Source: Fidelibacterota bacterium
GTDB taxonomy: Bacteria > Fidelibacterota > Marinisomatia > Marinisomatales > TCS55
DNA length: 64,000 bases
Direction: 5' to 3'
Assembly: GCA_027251445.1 (NCBI GenBank)
Contig: JAPNQO010000079.1
Location: 46,348-110,347 of the forward strand
A program made the position numbers and the translations under genes. Under the pieces are notes generated by a model that did not search any database, was not told the origin of the DNA, and was given only the letters and a program-made list of their open reading frames with translations. Positions within the stretch are counted from its first letter, which is position 1, and the number at the start of each line of letters is the position of its first letter. Of the stretch, positions 1 through 12,100 are shown piece by piece.

Positions 1-495
1 ACGTGCAGAGTGAACATCATCAGTAGTTACATTTCTTCCATCTGCAATAAATGTATTATACGTTCTGACTGTCCCTTCATCTCCGCCAATCAACTCAATC
101 GATCTTTTGACAGTTTTATCCCTATATTTAACATTTCTAGCGCTTGTTCCCTCTGAGACACTAACCATTATAGGTATTTTAGCTCTACGTTTAAATTCTT
201 CATATTGCGGGTAATCAATATTTTTTCGATTTCTGTATTTTTCATCTCCCCGCCTATCAACCATAATACCTGGCCATTTTTGAATTACAAATGTATTGGT
301 TCCAAAGACATTTAAACCTGATTCAACAGATGATTCAAGTGTTCGTATTGCAGTCATTACTCCAATGACGGAAAAAACACCTATACTTATTCCAAGTAAA
401 GTTAGAATTGATCGTAATTTATTTTGCCGAATGGCATCAATAGCCATACGAAAACTTTCTTTAATACCATTTTTTGTTCTAGTTAATCCAATCAT
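1..495 (-). CDS. ABC transporter permease (MacB/FtsX family), partial; runs off the window edge
   Basis: Not in the ORF track. Manual translation from ATG at 495: MIGLTRTKNGIKESFRMAIDAIRQNKLRSILTLLGISIGVFSVIGVMTAI..., a MacB-permease N-terminus paralogous to 499..1701. Confidence 0.85.
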   Translation of the reverse strand, partial: MIGLTRTKNGIKESFRMAIDAIRQNKLRSILTLLGISIGVFSVIGVMTAIRTLESSVESGLNVFGTNTFVIQKWPGIMVDRRGDEKYRNRKNIDYPQYEEFKRRAKIPIMVSVSEGTSARNVKYRDKTVKRSIELIGGDEGTVRTYNTFIADGRNVTTDDVHSAR

Positions 496-498
496 CCT

Positions 499-1701
499 TT
501 ACTCATACCGTAAAGCTTCAATAGGGTCTAATTGAGCAGCCTGGTAAGAAGGTACTATGCCAGATATTACACCAACAAAAATACTCATTATAATAGAAGA
601 TATAGATAGCCACAAAGGTAAGGTTGATGGAAAGATTTTATTTATGAAAAAGCTTACACCAAAAGCTAAAGTTAAGCCAATTAATCCACCAATTACACAT
701 ATCGTGATAGCTTCAAATAAAAATTGGGTTAATATCATATTAGGGGTGGCTCCAATTGCCTTCCGCACGCCTATTTCACGGGTTCTTTCTTTTACCGATA
801 CAAACATAATATTCATAATTCCTATTCCTCCTACTATAAGAGAAAGAATTGTTATAAACAAACCTGTACCGCCAATTGCATATTTTAAAGTATTGTATTG
901 CGTTTCAAACGCTTTAGTTTGATTAATAGCAAAATCATCTTTTTCTCCAGGCTTTAATCCTCTTATTCTCCTCATTACAGCTTGTAATTCACTTTTTGCA
1001 TCATCTATTTTTTGCTCATTGACCTTAACGCTTAAGCGCATGAACCCCCTTTTTGAAAATAATCTAGTATATGCCCCTAAAGGAAGGATGGCCTGATTGT
1101 CAACGCTAAACAGCCCAAGAAACTTTCCCTGCTTTTCCAATACACCAATCACTCTAAATTTTATTCCGTCTATTTTTATATACTTACCAATTGGATTTTG
1201 GTATTCAAAAAAAGCATCTTGTATACCACTACCAATAATAGTAACTCTAGAACCCGATCTTTCTTCATTTTCAGTAAAAAACCTGCCAACCTTGATATCT
1301 TCATTGACAGTTTCCATGTAATCTACATTTGTTCCAAAAATTTGTGTTTGCGTGTTTTTGTCGCCAAAAGATAAAGAAGCTCCTCTTTGCATAACAGGAG
1401 ATACCGCAAGTGCATAATCAGACATTTCTCTAATTTTATCTTCGTAAGATAATTTCATTCGTGGTCTATTTCGAACTTCCCACCATTCCATATCACTAAA
1501 CCACTCCCAACGACTAATATATAAAATATCTTTTCCAAGCCATGACATACTATTCTCAAAGGAACGATCTAAGCCAGAAATAAGTGTCCCCATTACCGTT
1601 ACGGATAAAACACCAATAATAATCCCTAAAGCAGTAAGACTTGAACGTAGTTTGTTCATATAAATTGATGATATAGAAATACGTAAACTTTCGAAAAACA
1701 T
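499..1701 (-). CDS. ABC transporter permease (MacB-like periplasmic core + FtsX domain)
   Basis: NKLRSSLTALGIIIGV, GGIGIMNIMFVSVKERTREIGVRKAIGA and C-terminal LDPIEALRYE motifs. Confidence 0.95.
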   Translation of the reverse strand: MFFESLRISISSIYMNKLRSSLTALGIIIGVLSVTVMGTLISGLDRSFENSMSWLGKDILYISRWEWFSDMEWWEVRNRPRMKLSYEDKIREMSDYALAVSPVMQRGASLSFGDKNTQTQIFGTNVDYMETVNEDIKVGRFFTENEERSGSRVTIIGSGIQDAFFEYQNPIGKYIKIDGIKFRVIGVLEKQGKFLGLFSVDNQAILPLGAYTRLFSKRGFMRLSVKVNEQKIDDAKSELQAVMRRIRGLKPGEKDDFAINQTKAFETQYNTLKYAIGGTGLFITILSLIVGGIGIMNIMFVSVKERTREIGVRKAIGATPNMILTQFLFEAITICVIGGLIGLTLAFGVSFFINKIFPSTLPLWLSISSIIMSIFVGVISGIVPSYQAAQLDPIEALRYE

Positions 1702-1706
1702 GATAA

Positions 1707-2399
1707 TTATTTCTTTTTAACTACCTTATCTTCCTTAATCTTTCCATCAAAAATATTGATAATGCGATGAGCGTGTTTAGCAATATATTCTTCATGTGTT
1801 ACAAGAATTATAGTATTTCCTCTAGAAAATAGGTTATCTAATATATTCATAATTTCATCACCACTTTTTGAATCTAGGTTCCCTGTAGGCTCGTCAGCGA
1901 GGATAATTGATGGATCATTTACTAATGCTCTAGCAATTGCAACCCTTTGGCGTTGACCTCCGGATAATTCATTTGGACGATGATACATTCTATCCTCCAA
2001 ACCAACTTCTGTTAATGCTTTGATTGCTTTTTCTATACGTTGATCTTTAGGAATATTAGAGTATATAAGTGGAACTTCAACATTATGTAAAGCAGTTGCT
2101 TTAGGTAGCAAATTAAAAGTTTGAAATACAAATCCAATTTTACGGTTTCTTATAGATGCCAATTGATTATCATCCATATCATGTACAAGTTCACCCTCAA
2201 ATTCATAAGTTCCAGCACTTGGTGTATCAAGACAACCAATCATATTCATTAATGTTGATTTTCCAGAACCGGAAGGCCCCATAATAGAAATATATTCATT
2301 ATGATTAATATTTAAATCAACTCCATCTAAAGCCCGAACTAATTCATCCCCAACCTCATAATGACGTTTTATACTCTGAAGTGATATTAAAGAACCCAA
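1707..2399 (-). CDS. ABC transporter ATP-binding protein (LolD/MacB-like)
   Basis: Walker [10 protein letters not shown], signature [14 protein letters not shown], Walker [12 protein letters not shown]. Confidence 0.95.
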   Translation of the reverse strand: MGSLISLQSIKRHYEVGDELVRALDGVDLNINHNEYISIMGPSGSGKSTLMNMIGCLDTPSAGTYEFEGELVHDMDDNQLASIRNRKIGFVFQTFNLLPKATALHNVEVPLIYSNIPKDQRIEKAIKALTEVGLEDRMYHRPNELSGGQRQRVAIARALVNDPSIILADEPTGNLDSKSGDEIMNILDNLFSRGNTIILVTHEEYIAKHAHRIINIFDGKIKEDKVVKKK

Positions 2400-2408
2400 A
2401 TGAAACGT

Positions 2409-3719
2409 TTAATCCTTATCATCTTTTTCAGTACTTACCTGCACGTTGTGCTTTAACTCTTTACTTACAGCTTTATAGTTGCCAATTACTATTAAATCAT
2501 TCTCGTCTAATCCATTTATTAACTCATAATGAGTTTCACTTGAGATTCCCACAGTAACTGGTCTAATATGAACAAATTGACTTCCCCGTTTATACTTCTT
2601 TTCTTTCATATTTTTAACTAATGAAATTTTTCCATCTCGTAAAACACCTCCCTGTTTATCAGATATAATAAATACAAGTTCTTCTAACTCTTTTTTCTTA
2701 GGTGTGTCATCTTCTTCTTCATTATTACTCCATTTCTTTCTATCTCCTGAAACAAATAATTTATTTTCTGAGCCAAACTCCCTAACAGTTAAACTCTGTA
2801 TAGGAATAGATAAGGCATTTTTTCTTACTTCCGTAATTATATTTGCTGTAGCGCTCATTCCTGGTCGAATATTAGGGGGAACATTAATCATGCGTACCTT
2901 TACCTTGAAATTAGTTACTTGTTCTTGGCTCCCAAAGTTTGAGGTTTCAGCCATATGTGCAATTTCACTTACTACTCCATAAAATACTGTATCCAAATAT
3001 GCATCAATTTCAATTTCAGATGTATCTCCTATTGAAATACTAACTACATCATTTTCATTTACATCAACAATGACTTCCATTCTACTAAGGTCTGCTATAA
3101 TCATTAATACATCTAAAGAGAACATGCCTCCCATGGCCATCTCGCCAGCTTCTTTATTAATCCTTGTAACAATACCATTTTGTGGAGAAACTAATCTTGC
3201 TTTATCTAATGCATCTTGTGATACAAGTAAGCTTGCACGCGCTTGATCAAGTTGACTTCTTGAAATTTCATATGCAGCTTGTGCTCCCTCAAGTTCTTGG
3301 TCAGAAGCAAGCCCTTGTTCATATATTCGCTCAACGCGTTCTTTATTCGCTTTATCTTGTTTCACTCTAGCCGAAGCAGAACGAACTGAAGAGGTTACTT
3401 GATCAACATTAGCCTGTAATTGTTTTCTATCAAGTGAAATAAGATGTTGATTCTTTTTAACATATTCTCCTTCAACTACGGTTATAGAATCAATAATTGC
3501 AGAAGAAGTCGCGCTTATTTTTACTTCACTTTCAGGTTGTATTTTTCCGCTTGCATTCACTTTTTGAATGATCGTCTTCCTGCCAACTTTTTCAGTCTCT
3601 ACATTAATAACTTCTGAATCGTCACGGAAAATATTTCCAAGTATGATAAAAATTATTAGTAGCCCAATAAGCCCCGAAATAAATAATTTTTTGTTCTTTT
3701 TATACAGTTTTTTTATCAC
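2409..3719 (-). CDS. Efflux periplasmic adaptor subunit (MacA/HlyD-like)
   Basis: N-terminal TM, ASGKIQP, coiled hairpin, [24 protein letters not shown]; lies between TolC and the ABC ATPase. Confidence 0.9.
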   Translation of the reverse strand: MIKKLYKKNKKLFISGLIGLLIIFIILGNIFRDDSEVINVETEKVGRKTIIQKVNASGKIQPESEVKISATSSAIIDSITVVEGEYVKKNQHLISLDRKQLQANVDQVTSSVRSASARVKQDKANKERVERIYEQGLASDQELEGAQAAYEISRSQLDQARASLLVSQDALDKARLVSPQNGIVTRINKEAGEMAMGGMFSLDVLMIIADLSRMEVIVDVNENDVVSISIGDTSEIEIDAYLDTVFYGVVSEIAHMAETSNFGSQEQVTNFKVKVRMINVPPNIRPGMSATANIITEVRKNALSIPIQSLTVREFGSENKLFVSGDRKKWSNNEEEDDTPKKKELEELVFIISDKQGGVLRDGKISLVKNMKEKKYKRGSQFVHIRPVTVGISSETHYELINGLDENDLIVIGNYKAVSKELKHNVQVSTEKDDKD

Positions 3720-3737
3720 TTTAATCTCCTAAAATAT

Positions 3738-5054
3738 TTATAAAGCTGTATCTAGCGTACCTAAGATAGCTTTCAAGTTTGCTTGTTCAATCATACTATC
3801 ATATTTACTTCGAATTAATGATGATCGTGCACTAACTAAAGATACCTGAGCATCCAATACTTCTAAAATACTCGCTGACCCCAAACTATATCGCTCCTGA
3901 ACTAATTTTACATCTTCTTCAGCAGAAGCCAATACTTTTTCATTGATAGGTATGACTTCATTATAATAATTAAGTTGGTCGAGAATTACCTGTAACTGAA
4001 CTGATAAATCTTGTAGTTGTGTTAAATATTCAGATTCCTGTTTTCTTACATTTAATTTAGCCTGTTGAATAGTAGTAGATAATGTATTTCCAGTGTATAT
4101 CGGTATTGAAAAAGATAAACTAGTATTCATTCTCCAATTCTCATCCCATTCTTTTGATAATGCCTGAAAATCTTCAGAATTACCTGAATAATTTGCTGAT
4201 GCAGAAATATTTGGTAATCTAGACCCTTTTGTAATTTTTTCGCTGTACTCAGCATTTATTATTTGATGTTTCTTAGCTAGAACGCTTGGATTAGATTTTT
4301 GGATCAATTCAAATCCATTTTCAAAATCAGGAATTGTATCTAATGAAAATAAATCACCATTCGTCGTAAAATCTCTTTCAGTTCTTACTATTCCCATTGC
4401 ATTCTTTAAACTTAAATATGCATTTTTTAATACAGCTTCATTATTTATTACATCCACACGTGTCTGCCCATATCTAACTTCTGCTTTTAATAAATCTGTC
4501 TTCCTGGCGGATCCTAATTCAAAACGTTGCTTTGTTAAGGCCAATTGCTGCTGTGAACTGTTAAAATTACTTTGAGCTACATCAAGCAATTGTAAAGATT
4601 TTAAATAGTTAAAAAAATTCCTATGTACTTCCCTTATTATGTTAATTTTTACTTGCCTATTAAACTGCTCTGCAATTTTATAGCTATTTTTTGATTGTGC
4701 TATACTATTCCACCACTTTCCTCCATCATATATATTTTGTGATAAAGAAACTCCTGCTGAAGAACTCTTAAGATTACTTATGCTACCCAAAGTAATTTCT
4801 CCTGTAGTGGGGTTATACCCTCCTTCTTGTTGCGGGAAACTTGATTCACTTACATTACCGGATAATATTAGTGAAGGTAAAATATTGCTATACGACCCTT
4901 TAACGCTTTGCCTTGAACTTTCTAGATCTAATGCGGACGCCTTTAATGCTTCTTTATTTGTAAGAGCAATTTGTATACAATCAGATAGTGATAAGATTTC
5001 TTTTTGAGCATAGCTCAGCGAAATAATAAATATAAAAATTAATCTTCTATACAT
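3738..5054 (-). CDS. tolC: TolC family outer membrane protein
   Basis: Signal peptide, LSLSDCIQIAL, two repeats with RFELGSARKTDLLKA and RYSLGSASILEVLDAQ. Confidence 0.9.
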   Translation of the reverse strand: MYRRLIFIFIISLSYAQKEILSLSDCIQIALTNKEALKASALDLESSRQSVKGSYSNILPSLILSGNVSESSFPQQEGGYNPTTGEITLGSISNLKSSSAGVSLSQNIYDGGKWWNSIAQSKNSYKIAEQFNRQVKINIIREVHRNFFNYLKSLQLLDVAQSNFNSSQQQLALTKQRFELGSARKTDLLKAEVRYGQTRVDVINNEAVLKNAYLSLKNAMGIVRTERDFTTNGDLFSLDTIPDFENGFELIQKSNPSVLAKKHQIINAEYSEKITKGSRLPNISASANYSGNSEDFQALSKEWDENWRMNTSLSFSIPIYTGNTLSTTIQQAKLNVRKQESEYLTQLQDLSVQLQVILDQLNYYNEVIPINEKVLASAEEDVKLVQERYSLGSASILEVLDAQVSLVSARSSLIRSKYDSMIEQANLKAILGTLDTAL

Positions 5055-5059
5055 AATTA

Positions 5060-5767
5060 TTAAGTAAAAAGTGAGCCAAGTAATGCAAAAATGCTAATTT
5101 GAAATAACCAATAAATAAAAACACCTATAATAAAAGGTTTGGCAGGTTTACTAAAATAAATACCCATTCCAACACCAATAAGTACAATACGCCAAAGACT
5201 AAAAAGATCCATAGATGCAAAAAAATTATTAATAAATGTTCCATCTTCACCAATATTAAGTAAACCAAGACCAGTATGTACATTAATAGACCATTTATTA
5301 AGCATTAATGGTATTTTTATAACAGTTTCAAGAACGTTTACCAAATAAGAACATGAAATAAAGGGTAATAATTGTGAATAACTTGTCTTTTCACCAAAGA
5401 AGAACTTCACTATCAATAATACAATTAAAGTCATCATGATAACTCGGAGAGGCCCTGCAAAAATATTTGTTAACCACATCATCATAACAGAAAATGTAGA
5501 AGGATTCTCAAAAGATTCATAAATACTCTTTAATGCATCATCTTTTTGGTCATCAGGTATCTGTGAGCTATTTTCAATCCATTTAACTGACTGCTCAAGT
5601 TGAACATCATAATACAGATCCTTTAACAACAAAAGGCCTATAGCTCCTAAAACCATTAATACTGCTAATGGCATTAGAGATATTTTCCAATCATTACCTT
5701 TTTTCAACTCCTGAAAAGAAATAGTTGGATCTGTAAAAATATTTATAAATAAAGCTAAATATTTCAT
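5060..5767 (-). CDS. Yip1-family membrane protein (YknW-like)
   Basis: IFTDPTISFQEL N-terminus, several TM helices, DLFSLW motif; first gene of the exporter cluster, with a GAGGT SD upstream. Confidence 0.7.
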   Translation of the reverse strand: MKYLALFINIFTDPTISFQELKKGNDWKISLMPLAVLMVLGAIGLLLLKDLYYDVQLEQSVKWIENSSQIPDDQKDDALKSIYESFENPSTFSVMMMWLTNIFAGPLRVIMMTLIVLLIVKFFFGEKTSYSQLLPFISCSYLVNVLETVIKIPLMLNKWSINVHTGLGLLNIGEDGTFINNFFASMDLFSLWRIVLIGVGMGIYFSKPAKPFIIGVFIYWLFQISIFALLGSLFT

Positions 5768-5800
5768 AAAGCTAATTACTACCTCGGTTAATAAAATAAA

Positions 5801-7219
5801 TTACGAAATATAATCGTCTTTTATTTGATATAAATAAGTAAGTGCATTATCATGGTCATTATCAATTTTTCCGTCCAAAATAGCTTCTTCTATTGCTTTT
5901 TTGATTTCACCAATTTTTTTACCTTCATCCAAATTACATATTTCCATAATCTCTTTCCCTCGAATTGGTGATTGAAATTGACTAAATAAGTCTCTTTCTT
6001 TTACATCTTTCATCTTTTCATCAACTCTTTCAAAGTTTTTCATATATTTATTTACTTTATTTGGATTTTTAGTTGTGATGTCTGCCCTACATAATATCAT
6101 TAAATCATCAATATCATCTCCTGCAGCAACCATAAGTCTTCGTATAGCAGAATCGGTTACACTTTTTTTTGCTAAAGCAATTGGCCTCAAATGTAATAAA
6201 GTCATTTTTTTTAAGAATTCACCTAGATTATTAGATAGTTTCATTCTTCTAATAACTGTTTTTAATATTTTTTCTCCAACAGCATCATGCCCATGAAAGG
6301 TATATCCTTTATCCTTATCTACACGCCTAGTGGCCGGTTTAGCAATATCATGTACTAATGCTGCAAATCTTATTTCCATTTTTTGGCTTAATTTTGCAGC
6401 ATTATCTACCACTTGCATAGTATGAAAGAAAATATCTTTGTGATGCCATTCCGGCGTTTGATCCATTCCATACATTTCATCAATTTCAGGAAAGATTAAT
6501 TTCATTAAACCAGTTTCCTGTAAAACGGTAAGACCAATTGAAGGTATTGGTGATGATAAAATTTTACATAACTCTGCTGTGATTCGTTCTTGAGAAACAA
6601 TTGAAATACGTTCTCTTTGACGAATAATTGAATCATAACATTTTTTATCTATTTCAAAATCAAATTTTGATGCAAAATAAGCTGCTCTTAACATTCGCAA
6701 AGGGTCTTCAGAAAACGTATCATCAGGATTTAATGGAGTAATAATTTTTTTAGATTGTAAATCTACTATTCCACTATACGGATCATGCAGTTCTCCATAA
6801 TTTTCTGGTAATAAATCAATTGCCATAGTATTAATAGTAAAATCTCTTCTTATTAAATCACCTTTTAAATCGGTATAGATTACTTCTTTTGGCTTTCGTG
6901 AAGTATTTTCATATGTTTCTAACCTGGCTGCTGCTACCTCTATATCAATTTTTTTATATGGTATTTTTGCAGTTGAGAATTCTTTGAAAGGTATAACTTT
7001 TTTCACCGACAAATTTTCTGCTAACATTTCTGCAAATTCTATTCCATCACCAACAATCATTAAATCAATTTCGTTTGGTTTATTTTGCATGAACAGATCT
7101 CGCACAAACCCCCCTACAACATATAATTGTTTATTATTTTTTGATGCAATTTTACCTGCACGCTTTAGTACATATTCAGCTTCAGGGTGTTCAGATATTA
7201 ATTCTTTAACATTACTCAT
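5801..7219 (-). CDS. cca: CCA tRNA nucleotidyltransferase with HD domain
   Basis: VVGGFVRD, DLIRRDFTIN, EDPLRMLRA, VHDIAKP and HD-domain motifs. Confidence 0.9.
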   Translation of the reverse strand: MSNVKELISEHPEAEYVLKRAGKIASKNNKQLYVVGGFVRDLFMQNKPNEIDLMIVGDGIEFAEMLAENLSVKKVIPFKEFSTAKIPYKKIDIEVAAARLETYENTSRKPKEVIYTDLKGDLIRRDFTINTMAIDLLPENYGELHDPYSGIVDLQSKKIITPLNPDDTFSEDPLRMLRAAYFASKFDFEIDKKCYDSIIRQRERISIVSQERITAELCKILSSPIPSIGLTVLQETGLMKLIFPEIDEMYGMDQTPEWHHKDIFFHTMQVVDNAAKLSQKMEIRFAALVHDIAKPATRRVDKDKGYTFHGHDAVGEKILKTVIRRMKLSNNLGEFLKKMTLLHLRPIALAKKSVTDSAIRRLMVAAGDDIDDLMILCRADITTKNPNKVNKYMKNFERVDEKMKDVKERDLFSQFQSPIRGKEIMEICNLDEGKKIGEIKKAIEEAILDGKIDNDHDNALTYLYQIKDDYIS

Positions 7220-7266
7220 ACTAAAAATTAGCTATTTAAGTCTAAAAAATGAACTAGAGTTGAATT

Positions 7267-8154
7267 ATGAAATATACTTGCCAGTATTATATGCTGGTTC
7301 TATTTTCCAATATTGTGGAAAAAACAAAAAAAGAATTAATCTTTTTTATTATTCTATCAGCATCATTATTAAATGCCCAATTTTCAAATATAGATGTTAC
7401 CATGGATGATAGATTATTAAAAAATGATGATCGACAAGTTTTAATAAATCTAAAAAATGAAGTTTCAAGATTTTTCATAAATAACTCATGGGATGAGGAA
7501 TGGAATGATTTAGAAATTGATCTGAATATTCAAATTATATTTGAAGGAACAGCTACTAAGAATGGAAAGAAAAATTTTCTCGCACAGGTTTTAATATCAA
7601 CAAATGACGATCAGCGTTTTTTTGATAATTCCCTACAATTTCATTTCAATCCAGGATCTAGTTTATATTATGATCCTGTGATGTTTGAACCACTTCCAAG
7701 TTTTCTATCATATTATGCTAACATGATTTTAGCTGGTGAAATTGATACGTATGAGCCAAATGAAGGCTCAAAGCAATATGAAATAGCTAGATCAATAGCT
7801 CTTCGTGGTACCTCGAGCAATTTTCCAAAAGGTTGGTCAAAAAGAGTACAACTATCTGATGATATGTCATCTAACTATGGCTTACGGAAAGCTCGCTTTG
7901 CATATTACTATGCTTTAGACTTATTTAAAGATGGAGAAATTGAAGAATCAATTAAACAATTTAATGCAATGATAAAAGGGATTGATGAAGTCTATGATAG
8001 AATTCCAAGAGAACATTATACTTTGTATTTTTTAAAATCCCATGCTAAAGAATTATCTCAAATATTACAAATATTAAGACAAGATGGTATTCTACAAAGC
8101 CTTATAGATCTTGACCCTTCCAATAGAGATATTTATGAAGAGGGGCTGAAATAG
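7267..8154 (+). CDS. DUF4835 family exported protein (PorD-like); true start possibly GTG at 7315
   Basis: Signal peptide ending LNA-QF; FLSYYANMILAGEIDTY and GW motifs resemble DUF4835. Confidence 0.6.
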   Translation: MKYTCQYYMLVLFSNIVEKTKKELIFFIILSASLLNAQFSNIDVTMDDRLLKNDDRQVLINLKNEVSRFFINNSWDEEWNDLEIDLNIQIIFEGTATKNGKKNFLAQVLISTNDDQRFFDNSLQFHFNPGSSLYYDPVMFEPLPSFLSYYANMILAGEIDTYEPNEGSKQYEIARSIALRGTSSNFPKGWSKRVQLSDDMSSNYGLRKARFAYYYALDLFKDGEIEESIKQFNAMIKGIDEVYDRIPREHYTLYFLKSHAKELSQILQILRQDGILQSLIDLDPSNRDIYEEGLK

Positions 8155-9176
8155 ATTTCCCTAAAAGTTTTTTTCCTTCTTATATAGTGATCCCAAATAA
8201 TACTCCCTTTGTGCATTGATTTCATTATTTCGTAATCATTAATTAAACGAAGACGTCTAATCTTTCTCCTCCTAATAAAAATAATATGTATGTGGAATAA
8301 CAACCATAGATGTGCCTGAATTACGCCAAACATATGTTTAAAATCTAATTTTGATAGAGCATAAATAATAGCAATCAACTCTAGAGAATATCTTATAGGA
8401 AATAAATAAAGAGTAGTAAAAAGCTTGTAATTACTTAATAGCATAATAATTGAATTTCTATGATTTAGCATAAACTTTTTCAATGATGTCATAGGTAGTG
8501 AAACAGCATTTTTATGATAAACAACTGATTTTGGGTTTACATAAACTTTATAACCTTTCAGTTGAAGTTTCCAGCATAAATCAATTTCTTCCATATGAGC
8601 AAAAAAATTTTCATCAAATTTTTCAACTTCAAGAAAATATTTTTTTCTAACCATAATTGCAGTACCTGATGCCCAAAAGCATTGGGTGTCATCATCATAT
8701 TGTTTGTTATCTATTTCTTGTTCTAAAAACAATCTTCCTCTAGCAAAAGGATAACATAATACATCCATATGTCCACCAGATCCTCCTGCATAATCAAACT
8801 TATCTCTCTCATAATAATTTAATATTTTAGGTTGAACAGCCGCGCAATCGGGATGGTTATTCATAAATGAAACCAAATTACTAAGCCAATTTTTTTCTTG
8901 AATTGTATCATTATTTAAAAAAACAATATAATCTCCTTTTGATATTTTTATACCACGATTGCATCCTCCTGCATAACCATAATTTTGATCATTCTCTACA
9001 ATATTAATTTTGGGGTGATTATTATTTATCCATTTAACGCTATCATCAGATGAGGCATTATCAACTACAATTATTTCGAAATTAGAATATTTAGTATTGT
9101 TTAAGGAATCAATGCACTCTGATAATACATCAATTCCATTCCAATGGGGAATTATTATGGAAACTAGCGTATCCAT
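8133..9176 (-). CDS. Glycosyltransferase family 2 (WbbL/rhamnosyltransferase-like)
   Basis: IIIPHWN, VVDNASSD, NYGYAGGCN, FLNND, FFAHMEEIDLCW. Confidence 0.92.
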   Translation of the reverse strand: MDTLVSIIIPHWNGIDVLSECIDSLNNTKYSNFEIIVVDNASSDDSVKWINNNHPKINIVENDQNYGYAGGCNRGIKISKGDYIVFLNNDTIQEKNWLSNLVSFMNNHPDCAAVQPKILNYYERDKFDYAGGSGGHMDVLCYPFARGRLFLEQEIDNKQYDDDTQCFWASGTAIMVRKKYFLEVEKFDENFFAHMEEIDLCWKLQLKGYKVYVNPKSVVYHKNAVSLPMTSLKKFMLNHRNSIIMLLSNYKLFTTLYLFPIRYSLELIAIIYALSKLDFKHMFGVIQAHLWLLFHIHIIFIRRRKIRRLRLINDYEIMKSMHKGSIIWDHYIRRKKTFREIYFSPSS

Positions 9177-9194
9177 AGGGAAATGCCCTAATAA

Positions 9195-12100
9195 CTAGGG
9201 AGAGTTACCTTTTAATTCATCAAGTAATTTTTTAGCTTGGCGGTCGCTAGGGTTTCGTTCTAACCAACCAGTTAAAACGGTTTCTGCTTCCACATTCATA
9301 TCTAGCTTTTGATAGGCAATAACTAAATGGGAAACAATATTTGAATAGTTATTTTGCCATTGTCTCCATGATTTTGAAGAGAGTCCTGCTGATTCTAGAC
9401 CTCTAGTTTGGACTATTCTTTCAGTATTATTAAAAGAGTTATATAATGTTTCATATATATTCTTTGCTATATCTGGTTCATCTAGTTCAACAAGATATGA
9501 TTGACCATAATCTAATCTATCTTTTATTGATATATCTTCTCGCAATAATAAATTATCAAGGACATCACGTAGTTTATTTTTTTGACCTACTCCAAAATAT
9601 AACCTACCCATTTGATAGTATAATTCTTTTGAATCCATGCGAATTGTATTATCAGGAATATTCTCATTCATTTCATCAAGTATAAGCAAAACTTTTTCCT
9701 GTAAGGATTTCCCTTTATCGCCTTCTTTTTGATCTTTGGGAAGTTTTTGATAATCCATAAAATAATGTACAGCTAGCTGCATATATGCACTTCTATAATT
9801 TTGAAGTAAACGAATTATTTGTTCATTATAATAAACATCTTCATTGCCTAAATGTCTAAACAAATACCTAGGGTCATAATCTTTAAACCAAACGCGACCC
9901 TCATCATCATTCCATTTTCTACTATTAAAAGATTTTGACCATTCATCTTGTCCAAAATCAGTGATCAAGTGTTTTGCCATATTCTCGGGATTTATACCTT
10001 TAGTTTTATAAGGACGTAAACGATAAGCTAATCCATCCATTTCTAAATAGGGCTCAAGACCTAATCGGTTACTTGGTGATACAGTAACAGCAAAATAAAT
10101 TGGTGATGTCCATTTAGAATCATTAATTATTTGCATAATCATCATATCTTGTATTTTTAATGCTTGTCCAGCATATGTAGGCTTTACTGACCAAGTGATC
10201 TTATCTGGGGTATCAATAGGTAAAGTGACATCCCTCTTTTTCCAAGGGGTTAACCCTCGTGTAAGATCTCTTATTTGTTTGTCAGATAACTTAATAATTT
10301 GAAGAGAAGAGCCATCAATAGATACAAATCTATGAGTTTCAAATTCTCTTATTTCTCTGAGCTGTCTGATATACCATGGAGTATTTAGTAGACTTAAGTT
10401 CGCGACTGTTACATCTGTCCTTATTCCTTCAACTTCCTGTAAGTACCAAAGAGGAAATGTATCGTTATCTCCGTTAGTAAATAAGACAGCGTTTGGTTCA
10501 CAAGACTGTAATAGGTTATAACTATAATCCCATGCAACTAAATTACCTGATCGATTATGCTCATGATAATTTGCTTTGAGCATCATCCCTGGAACAGCAA
10601 GTATTTGAAAAATTACTAATAAAGAAATTATTCTTATACCATACTGTTTATTTTTGAAAAAATTTGAGCACCATTCAATTATTGATGCACTTCCAATACC
10701 AATCCATATTGAGAATGCCAGAAAACTACCAACGTAAGAATAATCTCGTTCTCTTGGCTGGGGATTATCCTGATTGAGATATAGTATTACAGCAATACCC
10801 GTCATTAAAAACAGAGTAAATACTGAAAAGGCAAGTTCTCCATCTTTATTAAAATGATAAAAAATTCCTACGAGACCTAATAATAGAGCTAAGGGAAGTC
10901 CAAAATGGAACCAGTAGACACCATCTTGAGGAGATGGGTGTGCAGGAGAATTAGCGCCAAAAGAACTTACTCCGGGATCACCTGATGGCCCTCTACCAGC
11001 AAATTGCCAAAGAAAATAACGCCAATACATTTTTTTCATTTGATAACCCCAGAAAAAGTCCCACTGTGTTCCGAAATTATGAAACATATATTTACGATTT
11101 TGCCTGCTTGAGAATTCTCGATAAGATTTACCATTATTAGTTTTTACAGTTTCAGGATTCCCAACAATTTGAGCCTTATGAGATGGTGTGCCAACTTTGT
11201 TTTTAATGTATTTTCTAGGGAGCTGGCCAATTGCGCCATACTGTTCTCTTTCTAAATAAGATATAGCACGTGAAATTGTTTCAGGATCATTTTCATCAAT
11301 CATTGGATCTTGACCGGATCGAATAAATATGGTTGCATAACTTGAATAACCAACAAGAATTAGAATTATCGAAGTAAAAATAAGAGACAGTAATTGTTGT
11401 TTATTTCTTATCGTCCAAATCACTACTGCAAAAGTGATAATGACTAACAATCCTACACCCTCCAAACCAACTAATTTACTCATTCTTGGCAACCCTTTTA
11501 TGATGCCATTATGAATAACTAGAAAAACAGCTGCGGTTAATCCCATAGTTATGAAAAATGTTTTCCAATCAAAATTTGTTTTTCTGAAATAAATAATTAG
11601 AGCTAAAAATGGAAGTGTTAATAAGTTTAAAATGTGGACTCCTATTGCTAGACCAAACATATAAGCAATAATTAATATATATCTTTCACTTCCATCATTA
11701 TCAGCATTTTCTGACCATAACAAAATTAACCAAACTACTATTGCAGTAAAAAAAGTACTCATTGCATATACTTCTGCTTCGACAGCGTTAAACCAATGAC
11801 TATCTGTAAACGCAAAAGTGAGAGATCCAACCAAAGCTCCTCCAAATACAATAAGCAAATCAGTATTATTTTTTATTTTCCCTCTCCAATGCAAGATTAT
11901 CTTTACAATAATTAAATATAATAACATACAAGCTACGGCGCTGACTATAGGAGAAATAATATTAACCCTAAACGCAATATCAGGGTTTGTTGGTATCATA
12001 GAAAAAATTCTTCCAAGTAATAAATAGAGAGGACTCCCTGGAGGATGAGGAACTCCTAGTATAAATGATGTTGCTATAAATTCTCCACAATCCCAATACG

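Noticed and set aside
8133..8154. 22-nt convergent overlap of the DUF4835 and GT2 stops
   Set aside because: Common in compact genomes
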